Assembly (NCBI GenBank): GCA_903813345.2 | Contig: CAIIXF020000001.1 | Location: 17,236,001 to 17,300,000, forward strand | Source of the DNA: Owenia fusiformis | Lineage: Eukaryota | DNA: 64,000 nucleotides | Direction of reading: 5' to 3' | Shown here: piece after piece, positions 26,001-37,500 of the stretch | Layout of the letters: each line of letters starts with the position of its first letter | Numbering within the stretch: position 1 is the stretch's first letter | Position numbers and translations under genes: made by a program | Notes under the pieces: generated by a model | Told to the model about the DNA's origin: nothing | Database searches by the model: none | Seen by the model: only the letters and a program-made list of their open reading frames with translations

Positions 26001-26057
26001 GATAAACATTTACCCGTTGAAAGTCACGAAACGTTTCTTCCAAAATCATTCCCTTAG
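14005..26057 (+). CDS. SNAG-domain C2H2 zinc-finger transcriptional repressor, Fez/Gfi(Senseless)-like, 7 fingers, 548 aa
   Basis: Exons 14005-14104, 15902-16872, 25054-25318, 25452-25619, 25915-26057. All introns are GT-AG with matching phases; total 1647 nt ending in TAG. N-terminus MPRVFLCRK, Pro/Ser-rich middle with FRPY and PEDLS, then fingers CDVC, CEIC, CSTC, CPFC, CRLC, CEDC, CDDC with TGEKP-type linkers. Confidence 0.9.
18381..18692 (+). repeat. Three tandem copies of an about 104-bp unit
   Basis: Unit ...AAAATTACAATAATAAAACCAAGCAAATACAATAATGAAATCTAGCAAAAT...GACTTTGAGAAAGCG starts at about 18381, 18486 and 18592. Confidence 0.9.
18381..19060 (+). mobile_element. Highly decayed LINE reverse-transcriptase remnant
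   Basis: [12 protein letters not shown] (about 18671-18706) matches the non-LTR RT DxxKAFDxV motif. [12 protein letters not shown] (about 18933-18968) resembles QGSxLGPxLF. Confidence 0.5.
19552..20250 (-). CDS. KolX-like accessory protein (Cys-rich; similar to P2X7 C-terminal/Nanor-like domain), 232 aa
   Basis: Intact ORF with [19 protein letters not shown]...LGLW and C-terminal [27 protein letters not shown]. This matches the R.xPxCVVxxIRxxFP..G.Y.G signature of Kolobok KolX proteins. Confidence 0.75.
   Translation of the reverse strand: MESRTYSLKINVTEEQRLVIESLYDHYDWNFDPIEDSYKNSRLNNTEKTVNVNRRKAAKRKTSASISSETVAICSLETVATDSSTEDESQASQSISILTGMIPQHVSTEPPQPPNNDSPSSNEESHDCPHCFWNPCVVNEAKYEPFWRTTNATPSLSNIITRRKLYKEFWRMINNLGLWRHPNYLTKKAASKSSDRSIIYHKREIMPTCVVTQVREWFPNPPGIEYKGHVYQ
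21086..22723 (+). CDS. Kolobok-type (Mutator-like fold) DDE transposase, 545 aa
   Basis: Single intact ORF. Candidate catalytic D (IMTDARH, 21824), D (AHDNNG, 22022), DxxH (NDTWH, 22097) and E (YVESFNN, 22481), followed by DKR..F and [13 protein letters not shown]-terminal H/C-x2-C...C-x4-H zinc-type motif. Confidence 0.85.
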   Translation: MMASKAKKKKEYREKHGRSSRFSIECAGGQEKKETLLGKTSKIKKFLHLNGNVDAIEIALDYWLTHNMPSASSNTHTSASSEGNLEPESWYTPLERHETEQPIFFTTEKTVKKLVSLVEHHSRICQAELQLQEVVLHGHAATIAFKCQVSEHYVRWPSSPHLPNSEAYVNLRFFFGQLTSGLLPSQYENVVKAVGMGHLGWRKEKTYTNELSSHISEAMKESCKAALDEEKGTYPDVEANGINIMTDARHGGRRNAFDCDVICLGHNKHRVIRSEHVSKEDEMSSQKHEALGTKRMYEFFDAEQVKINIHAHDNNGTINKIIREHRGPGGKETLNQNDTWHAAKSFSREINKVCKGPKYKDGETWHSELIDKPDGARKRAQQVIRNCDKNPNTIRMKLEQIPNHYKDNHLNCDAISSCKTNINYRLEKIRITSPIAEQLLLSSIKKTEIYRHAEHYTEAMDTFYVESFNNTLNIFHDKRVVFKKQQFEIRTNLAVVHWNENVDRDYSSITEIDDPLNPFKQRKVLKDYTTNYKNNIWNKWMDSIF

Positions 26058-28528
26058 TCTGTTAGTTATCATATGCCATCCACTTATCAAGTGATTTTGT
26101 TACGAACAAAGTGCATTGTGGTTATGACATGGGTATGACGTCAATTAATAACATTTGACAAACTCCTTGGTTGAATTTATAAGATGATATTCACGAGTGC
26201 TTATCATTTTTCAAATGTCTCCATTTGAGGTTTCTCAATATTTTCATATAAATTGTGCAATTGAAACTGTTATTTGTTTATATATATATACATTTGCCAA
26301 ACATTCCATTTACAACAGGGTGGAATACTTATTTAGATGCAGATCAAGAATAGGTTGTTCTTCCGAAGTTACTCGTTCCATTAGTTTACATTTAAACGTT
26401 ACTCTTAAACTATAATAATGGACAACATGCATCATGATAAACCATGACATCTCAAATCTTCTCAGGGTAAAATAGAAAGATGATATGAGTATCAGAATGG
26501 ACAGCATGGAGTTTGTTAACAATCTGATCCTTTTTCAAAGGCCTTCATTTATGCTTAAATTATAGTAAGTATGAAATACCCTTGCAGCAAGGAAGAACAA
26601 ATTAAACAAACTTATAATAAAAAACAACAACTTAAAATCAATCTTATATTGCTGAATAATATTTATAATGAAGTCCATTAAATTGTATGCCATCTATTGA
26701 CTGTCTTCGAGGAAATTGTAATGTTGGTTGACTTCATTACACGGGGTCGACAACAAGTATTATCCTTTGGAATACTGGTGTAAGATAAAGTGAGACTCTG
26801 ATAAATCAGAATCGCCATGGGTTGACTTGCTATTCAAATATTTGTGTAAATATCACATGATCACCATATATTATTTATTGAATTATAGATGTTATTCTTG
26901 TTGTTTGTTATAGTATAAAATTTCAATAAAGATATAAAAAATAAATACGCACTGTGTATTGTACTTCTTCAGGGTTGAGGATCTCGCTATAAGCGTCTGT
27001 GTTATTGTTCCAGATTCTATTGTAGGTAACCAATGTTGTATGAGTTTCTTAAAGTTTGATACGACAGTAATATGATAGATATTCCTCTCAAAGTTTTTCA
27101 CATATTTAACATATTAATAAGTTTCGAGATATAATCAATGAAAATTGAGAAAAGGTCAAATTTCGAAATTTTTCAAGGTCACATCATAAATTTCTTCAAA
27201 CTGAACACATCTTCTTTAAGCTTCAGATTGGCAAGAGTTCAAATTGAAATTTGAGTTGACCTTTACTTGGCCTTCAAAAGGGCCTCCCTATCCATCCATC
27301 ATTTTTGATTTAGAAACATATATACATCTGAAGATGACTCTATTAGTAGTCATTGTCCAGCACTTGATAGCAAAATACTTTTTCAAAACTGAAAAACTAC
27401 ATGTTCATTTACTATGATAATGGCTATGAAATAGCAAAATGCATTTAAAGATAGCAGCATTTGTATACTACTGCCCGGGTGTGCTAAAACCCTCTAAACA
27501 GGGGGTAGAAAAGCGTCCAGTATTTTCGTCTGGTACAACTGGAGATACAGGACGCAGACCTCCGTTTTCGATCCAGAGAGAGGTAGGTGGGATTTTACTC
27601 GGTGGCCTTTGATCGTTTTACAATGTTTCCTTAGTACCCCGGACAGGTTGAATGATGCAGTCATGTTTCTACTCTATATTTGCAATGAAACAACCATTCT
27701 TATTGAAATTTTCAAGATTTATTCTACAGACAATTTCCAACATGGAAAATAAATATTTTTTCAAAATTTCCAATTTTATGATTTTGACAGGCTTTTTTCA
27801 AAAACACTTCATTGTCAATAAAATACAGATTGTAGATTGGTATGCGAAGGGTTTACGTTGAAAGGTCTGACCAGGAGTGAATAGCGGTCGAATAGTCTGG
27901 TCATTGGTCAAGCTTGAATAGACTGATATGCAAAGAGTTCGTCTGGTAACGGCCTATGAATAGATATTTAGAACAATGCAAAGGGTTTACGACCGGCTGA
28001 ATTGTCTGGTCAAAACATAAAACTAAACCTAAAATAATATTATGATGTTTTGAATGAATTAAAACGTGAAAACATGTAAATAAGTACGCAGATAAAACGT
28101 TTATACTCTTATCTTAGAATGGAATGATTCATGGTTTTAAACATTATAATTGAATTGAATCAATAATCCATTGCCGCAGCTGTTTTAAAATGGCATTTCT
28201 CTCTCAACATTGGGTGGTAACAAGCGATATGATAGCATGGCTGAGTCAGACCTAGAGAATCGAATACAACTATTGATTTAATTTCATTATGAAGCACTGG
28301 AATAAATTTTTAAATTACGTGGGAATTGTAATTATAAATTCAAAACACATTTGCATTCCGTTGGATAGAATAAACATATTAACGGACTTCACCTTAAGGA
28401 GGACAAATCTGAAGCGCTTTATAGCGATATAAATACTTATCATATAAAAACAATTTTAAGTAGAATTACTTTAAAGTGATAACACGTGTTAAATTGGATA
28501 AAGACTGACTGGATTATTATAGATTATC

Positions 28529-31500
28529 ATGGAAGTGTTTAGCCATGTGCACACGCTGTTGTCTTTTTTACTTGCAGTTCTTTTTCTTGTGGACTCAGTC
28601 AGTTCAGGTTTGTATTCACTACGCACTTTGTTGTTATCATTGCCATTGGCCGTAGTTAGGATTCAAAACCAGGGGAGGCAAATTTAAGTGGGAGAGGCAA
28701 AACTTTCCTCCAAAGTGGATATTGTACAGGGTGGTCCAAAAAAGTGAACTGCTTCAACAGGTTGTATTTTCCTTAAAACATGCATGTATTGGCTCATGTT
28801 ATCACATATTGTAAGAAATTTTTGTTGATGCCATAATTCATTCTCAGCCTTGAATTTTGTAGAAATTACAAGACTTAAGCAAACATTCCTAAAATTAGTT
28901 ATTGTGCAAAATGTTACCAATGTGAAGCACGGGAATTGTTGAAACATATTGGATGATCTGAAAAAAACTTTCAGTGAAAGCTTTGAGTCATATTGCATTA
29001 GAATTGGTCCATGGTTAATGAAGATATTGACATTAATATCATATGGGGCCATGTTGTGATTTCACTTAAGATGTTTTCGTCTTTGGAAACTTAGAACATT
29101 TCTACGGATCACAATAACTTTGCAACTAACGGAGGTAGGATGCTAATTTTTACACAATAATGTGCGAGATTCAAAACCAAACAAAGTCAGAAAACATTAG
29201 GTTTTTCAGACTGCGGCTAAGATAGTTGAAGGGTTGAAGAATCGCAGTAACATTTTATCCATTTTCAGTGACGTTTAAATTTGAGGTTAAAATTTCTGCA
29301 AATTTCAAGACTTAAGAAGAATGTATGGTACCAACAAGAATTTTAGACCATCCTCTACAACATGTGAACTATGAAAAAATTCTTGCTGGTAAAAAGGAAA
29401 ATATAGCCCGTTGCAGGGGTTCACTTTTTTGGACCACCCTGTATATAGTTACCAAATGACACAATGTGCTCAATTTCACAATACAAACGTCTAGAAATAT
29501 TTCTTTACAAGAAACTTAGCTTAACTTAGTAATATGGTAATTACTATGGTTTCTTAAATTATGTGTACCATAATTGAATGGTATCATCATACGGTCAGTT
29601 GTAGAAACTTAAATTACAAGTCCTTAAAAGTATCTGTGTCCGTGTATGTGTTTGCGAAACGAATATAAATATCATGTAAAAATGCTGTCAGTTGATACGA
29701 ATTTAATGTTAAGTCAATACAACAAACCGGTGTACATTGGAGTAAGCACACCCTATTACACAAGGGCCAACTTCAGCAATATTGGGCAGTATCACTATCT
29801 AAGTGTGACATTCCTTAGTTTGGCACCAACGTACTGTAGTCAAGACAACAAATCGGTGTACATTGGAGTACTGTAATGACTACATTACATTAGTGTAAAA
29901 CTAAGGGCTGTCACATTTAGATACTGATACTGCCCAATGTTGATGAAGCTGGCCCCTGTGTAATAGGGTGTGCTTACTCCAATGTACGCGAGTTTGTTGT
30001 ATTGGATACATTACGTAAGTTTCAAACTAAGGACTGTGCCATTTAAAGCATTAGACTAATTAGATGAAATATCTCCATATATCAGAGCCTCTCTAAGTCT
30101 TTTTAAACTATCCTATTAGTGGAGATTTAGTTATTTGCTAGATTTGACCCATGTCATTCATTGTTACTTGATTCTTGTTATTGATTTGCATTGAATTGGC
30201 CTCATCCTTCCACCAAGCTTAAATGGGTCTGAAAAGTTGCCATGAACAAACTCATAGATTCTTGGAAGCAAATTGATAGAAGGTCGTGAAAGGCCGAGTG
30301 AAATGCATGAAAAATGTTTTGTCAAATGAAAAAATATGTCGAAAAACCTAAAAATTCAAAACATGATCTTGCATCTCGAATGACCTTTACTGAAGTCATC
30401 AATATGTTTTGATTCAATTTATTACAGTGTTTTCAGAACTAACCAACCAATATAATTATTGCTATGTGAGATAAAGCTGTGATAGACATAGATAATCGGC
30501 CCAGGAATATTTCTAATGCAGGTGTAATTAAACATCATAATGTTTATCATAAACAATAATATCTTATTTTATAAAAGCTGCTGGTCTAAAGCCAATGTCC
30601 TCTGATATCTTCATCTTTCTCCATAACCAGTTTTACCCCAGTTATTTCCAGTTTTACTAGGGGATAATGGGCAAATGTAAATTAAACAACTCTCACCATT
30701 TTACAAATGAGTATGCTTGAGTTGCAGTCCCCATAAAGTAGTCCATAAAGTAGTACTCACTTAACTTACACATACTAGTATACGCTATTCATTGGCGTTA
30801 GCTATTATGACAAAAATGACGTTTTCCATTTTCCTTTATTAAATATCAAAAATAAGGATTTGCCTTTAGTCCATTCCAAGTGTTTTAATACACCAGGCTT
30901 TATAGAATACCAATTCTCCAGAATGGAGTCTTGTATTTAAGATTTTACTTCACATACAAGTGAGAGACAAGTGCCCCTTCATAAAACGAATTTCAAAAAT
31001 CGACTGGAGCTTGGATGAAGAAATTAATTTCGTGATTAGGAAATAAAATGAATATCAGACGATGATGTATTCAAAGATTACAAAATAATCGTACAAACAT
31101 GTTTTTATTTGATTATTGACGAATTTGAACTAGTTAGTGGATTATGTGTATGAGGCGAACACCCTAAAGGTCGTGCCAATTACAAAACCGTACTGTATCG
31201 AACTTTGATTCACTGCAAGTAAAAGTGTGTTTCTTTCAAGAACAGCATTGCTCCATCTGTGCAAATCGTATTATCGATATTTGTTAATAAATTGAAATGT
31301 TAATGAATCAACATGTTTATTCTAGTGTTGATTGGAAATTGTGTAAGCATATCAAACACCATGTCATGTTGAAACTTGGAGGGTCTAGTTCTTGATTGTT
31401 TAGTATTGCCTCATAATGATTTATCAGAGAACTATTTATCTCATGGTTGTATCACAATACAAAACATGTTTCTAGCCAGTACAAGGGATAGTATAGGCTG

Positions 31501-34500
31501 TGGATCACAATATAGCAATGGATCAATGTGTTTAACAGTTACATGCATTTTGCTATGAAGAATATTGACTGTACTTTTGTATTTTTTATTAGTTGGACTT
31601 GGCGAGACATGCATAGATGACGCCGCTTGCACAGGCACAGTACAAGGCTCACTGTGTGATATAAACTCGGTGTGTGTTTGTGATAGGGTCGGCCATTTTA
31701 TTGACGATTCAAATGGTGGATGCGTTTGTGATGCAGCAAATCAATTTGTCTCCGATGGAGGCGACCTTTGCGTTTGTGATGCAGCGAAAAATTTCGCAGA
31801 TGATGGAAATGGTGGATGTGCATGTGATGCTGCTGGAAATTACGTAGATGATGGCAATGGAGTATGTGTGTGTGATGAGGCTAATGGCTTTGGGTTACGA
31901 GACGACGCTTGTAGTAAGTAATATTTATAAACTGGTAATGATTCCGGATACGAAATGGCTGAACACTTGAAAGTTGTATTTTGTTGTTCATAAGTATTCT
32001 TTGTATAAATCTTAAAGGACCCGTGTTAAGTTTGAAATATAGTTTAGTCATTCAAGTATCATTTTTCATGATTTAAAAAACTAAACTTGAAATTTTTTAA
32101 CTTTTATAAATTGATGACTTTCCCGCCATTTTAGAAACAAAAAGTTAAGATTTTAAGATCATCAAATCAGAGACATAAACAAAAAGTTCTTCAAAATCAT
32201 CATAAAAACAACAAAAAAACATCGGAACAGATGAACTAATTTAACACATCAACCGTTGAGTTATCCAACTATCCAATATTGCCCCTTTTGTGTTAACTTC
32301 AGAATTAAAAGTTGATATTGACGGGGACTGCTCTGATCCCACCACTACGTTCTGTTCTGATCCCAATTCCAACTGTGATGGCACATCTTCAAAATGTGCC
32401 TGCAATGCCGATTATGAAAACAAAGAGGGCGTATGTAGTAAGTATAGCCTACACCTTGATTTTATACTTTTCAATTCAACTAGGACTCGTCATGAGACGA
32501 TATTCCGAGACTATGACCTTTTTATTTAAGCCTTTGTAAAAAGAGTTTCGTACTTAAAAGAGAGCGTTTCTCTACTCTAGGAGGATAATGCTCGGTTTTC
32601 CCTGAGACTTACCCCGGGAGACTAACATGATCATGGTCTCAGGTTTTACCTAGGATGAAGAATCCTAGGTTTACCTATTCCTAGGTTTACCTATAGTAAC
32701 ATGCATTGATCAGTGACTTATTTATCCACCAGAGAGGAGTGTTGCCATCGGAGGAGATTGTTCAGATACTACAACGTTTTGTGTTGATGCGAACAGCAAC
32801 TGTGACAACCAGAACACCTGTGAATGTAACACACAATACGAACCTAAAGACGATGTTTGCAGTAAGTGTAGCATCCGAAATTATAATTGCGATAATGTAC
32901 AGGCCCGTAGCCAGATTTTGCCAAAGGGGCGGGGATTTTTTTTAGAAATATCCCGGGGTTCAAATTTGACAATTTCGATCCAAAATCACTCGAAAAGTGC
33001 TTAAAATAGTAAAGATCAATTTGACCAGGGAGGGCTCGAACCACCCGAACACCACCTGGGTACAGGCCTAATGTAGCATAGTGATAGTATCACAGTCGAA
33101 AAGCCACGGGTAATAACGCAGAAAAACACATATAATATAAAACTCGATGAAATATACGACTGAAAATAAACAGTGCAAGAAGCAAACTACATCTAGTAAA
33201 ACATACAGCAAACGAAAAATTCAAAATTTAAATCCGGACCTGTCTTCATGCAACTGAATATCGTTTTATCAGAGTTGAGAGTGGTAGCTGGAGGGAATTG
33301 TTCAGATGCGGCCACCACATTCTGCGTTGATGCCAATAGTAACTGTGACGGTACAGCATGTGTATGCAATGCTGATTGGGTGAACAGAAATAGCATATGC
33401 AGTAAGTGTATAAGACGATTGCTCAAACTTTATATCAAAGGGTAAATTAAATAACAATACTTCTGATAATCCTGTATTGTTACTCTGATGCAGATCTGCT
33501 TGCTTTGACATGGATCATTGCTTGGATTTCATATATATCGGGTGTCCCAAAAAGTGAATCGCTTTTTGTCAAGTATTCTCTCAGCTGTAGATGAGCCTAA
33601 TTATTTGAAAATTTTTACTAAGGAACTATAGTGTATCATTAGCAAGTGCTATAGATATGTAAGAGATGGGTTGCATATTATGCGAGTGTTCTCAAATCAA
33701 AAACACCCACCATGTCAAAATATTAGAAGATATCAAAACATGCCAATAAATGGAAAATCATTACTTAAGTCTGAAAGAAGCTGTTTTCAAGCAGAAATGG
33801 TTTTGTATATTTTTCCATCCCATGACACAATCATTCCGTCCTTTAATATATGCCTATTGGATTTTATGCAATTTTGTTCATAAGTCTATTTATAGTAAAA
33901 TGACTGTAATTCTTGCCCATAATTCCTTGATGATTCATATTCCACCCAAACCGTTCACCTTGAAACAGTTTTCAATAGTTGCCTCATCGCTTATCGCTTA
34001 AAAGTCTTTTTTTGTCCATCCCTCCAAACTGAAATTTTGGAATAAAACGTAATGAAACGTAATATGGAAACAGAGAACACTAGTGAACCAATTCAATAAA
34101 CCTGACACACAGATAAGCTGTTTTTGAGACTAAAAACTGATTGACAGATTGTATCACCTGATAGCATGCACAAATGCTATGACGTATGAAGGACTCATTG
34201 CGCAGTTCTAATGTTGGATTTTTTTGTGACATGCAGTTTTGAATTTGTCAATTCTCACATAAATATGTAACCGATCTCTTACATATTGATACAACTTGCT
34301 AATGATACCCTAAGGCTACAGCAGAGAGCAGATATTACTCTCTTGTTATTTCTAGCGACAAGTAATGGTACATGGCGTTTTCCGATTTTTTTCAGAGGAA
34401 GATAAGGCAGTTGGAACTGAATGTAACACAGTTACATCATATTGTGTCGATGGTAACTCATCGTGTTCAGATGATGGAACGGGCACATCAAAATGTCTAT

Positions 34501-37500
34501 GTAACGATGGATGGGATCAAAGAGCAGACGGCCAAGGAGGATTTCTTTGTCGTAAGAAATTTGACAAGAAAGCATGAAAATTATTTGCAATTGTGTTCTT
34601 GAAATGCTCTGAGAATTTCTGAATGAGAGAACAAGATTTATAACTTCTCAAAAGTGTATATAAATTATAGTCCAAAGTTGTGCTCAAACTGTGCGCTACT
34701 CCTCAAACACATTAGGGAGATTTCGCAACTCACTTATAGCATGTTTATTATACGGAAATAATAAATATGCTATAAGTGAGTTGCGAAATCTCCCTAACAT
34801 CATGTTTATTATACGGGAATAATAAATATGCTATAAGTGAGTTGCGAAATCTCCATAACTCTAGAACTATGTCGAATGTTATCGGGAATGACGTGAGTTA
34901 TAATAAGTGAGTTACGAAATCTCTCTAATGTTATATATCGTCGTTATAATAATATTATCTTCTTTGTTTATTAGAGGTACCAAAGCAGCATGGTGAAGCA
35001 TGTGACACTGGCAATGCACCCTTTGACTACTGTGTCAATGACAATGCTTTATGTGACTCAGTAAATGCTAAATGTGTATGTGACAGTGCAAATTCATGGG
35101 AATGGAGGCCTGCTGCCAAAAAGTGTCGTAAGTCTTACATACAGTAGTGAGTAGAGGCTATCAAACTTTTCAGAAAGATCTCGGTTAGGCTAAAATCTCC
35201 TATTTAAGATCTAAACCCCCAGTTTTAACCATTTAGAATTGATAACAAAGTCATATTACCAAGTAACATAATTTTTCTGTTTATGACTCATCCAATGTTC
35301 TTCTGAGATAATGAGGATTTCAGCAAGGTTCTATCAGGATATCATCATATCGAAAAGGTCAAGGCTTCGAACAAAAGATATACGTTTAAAAAATATCAGA
35401 TACAGACTAGATAAAACATGAAATTAATGAGAGCCTTTTTTATGTTTATATTTTATACTTCATATTACGCAATATTGTTAGTCTATTGGATATTTAGAAA
35501 TAGCATTTTAAAAGCACTTAAAATACACCGTTCACAATTTTCTCAGCCCCAACCAGTAGAAACATGTTACTGGGCATATCTAAATCGTCAATTCTAATAG
35601 TTTAGAATAAGGGTTCTTAAACAGGAGATCTCACTTGGTTTTCCAAAGCTTTGGGTTACATCTAACAACCTGGTTGTTTTGAGAGGGCTGGCTGCTTAGT
35701 TTCAGTAACATTTCTGAATTTGAAATGAAATATTGAAGTCGGACTTATATGATGTTACTTATGATTGTTTTTATTGTGATTGCGTGCCATATTTCGTTTT
35801 GTCTGCATGTGATCTCGAATACCCAAATAGGCTAACGGGAGATAGACGTAATGATCATAAAAAGATGGCAGTACAATCAACACATGTGCACGTTGCTTCG
35901 TTGATGTTTAACATATGAAGTACAGTGCTGCCATCTTTATATTGGCCTAAAATCCGTGTGTATATGTAATGGTTGTTGGGTGTATACTTTCTGGCTGATC
36001 TTGAATTCCATTGTCTTATTTTATGGTCTCTAGAACAACCTAAACTTGTTGGTGAGGCGTGTGATAAGAATACTTCTTACTGTACTGACTCTTTCGCAAA
36101 GTGTGGGGATATAACTAGCTCTGGTTCTGATTCCTGCGAGTGTGATGAGGTAAACCTTTGGTTTTCAAAGGACGAGGCTGGTGTCATTGTGTGTAGTAAG
36201 TATTGCTATATTGATTCTTACTGGGATTCTCGTCAACTGATATTCTTTTGTATCTATTAGACACACTTAAAATGATAACTTATTCCCAATAGCCAATACC
36301 AGGTGTCTCAAATGTTATTACTTGAATTAAATCTTCAGTCTGTCCCTTAATGATTTTCTAATATGATAAGGAGATTGTCAATTGTTTTTATCTAGCACCT
36401 CCTTTAAAGTCCATATTATGAAAAATAACTCATTTTCATTTAGTTTTCCCAATTTGGTTAAATATTTTATATTTGATTATTTTCTTACTTCTGATACTTT
36501 CACCGTTCCAATGTTTTACTAAAATCTTGTCCAAGTATATTATTTTTCTCATGAAATGAAAAATAGAATAAATGCACCCCGATGCGACATACGGTATGTT
36601 TATTATGGCTTTATAAATCTATGTTGTAGAGAGGAGAACATTTGTTGGGAAGATATGTGATGAAAAGTTGAGTTTTTGTGATGACACAAATTCATTATGT
36701 AAAGATGACGGCTGGGGTAGTAGTGTCAATCGATGTATTTGCAAAGAGGAGTACCTAGCTGTAAAAGCTGATAATGGCACATATCAATGCGGTAAGAAAG
36801 CAATAGGACGTTATTCTATAAAGGTCGTTTTTAAGATGACATTGCATAAGTGAAAACTAGATCATATGCTTTGATATTTGGAATGATGACATACCTTTTC
36901 ATGTGTTTTATTTGTAGCTCTGAAAATTACTGGAGATAGTTGCCGTCAATGCGAAGACAACCTAGGTCAGTGTTACGATACAGATGGTGATGAGCAGCGA
37001 GATGGGTGTGTTTGTCCTTCGTCAAGGTCCGGAGATGACTGCACGATATCTCACGGTATATCTGTTTACCCATGATCTCTTACGGTTTAGTTTATATTAA
37101 AGAATATACCAAATGTATTTTCAAGTGCAAGGAAAGTGCTAAAGATATTTTGTCCCGAGGATTGTTGTCTCAATTCGCTCTACCACCCACGTAACTAAAA
37201 AGAAGTCAGATAAAAATTTTGAGGACAAACGACAAACCATGTGCCGGGATAGTGCATATAAAAATCGAGTCTCAATCCCCTTTCTTAGGCATTATTGGTC
37301 CAAGAATATTTCACTTCATTCAATAGCTGCTGTTTGGCAGCGAAGAGGATATGTTCTGAGGGGACTCATACTCAATTTTTATACATGTTTCCGGGCCTAT
37401 GCGACAAACCATTTGATCCGAACTATAGTATATCAGTCTGTATGTTGACCTTGCAGTCAGTGTAAAGTGTACGAGGGACAGCATGAGTGTATGTTACAAG

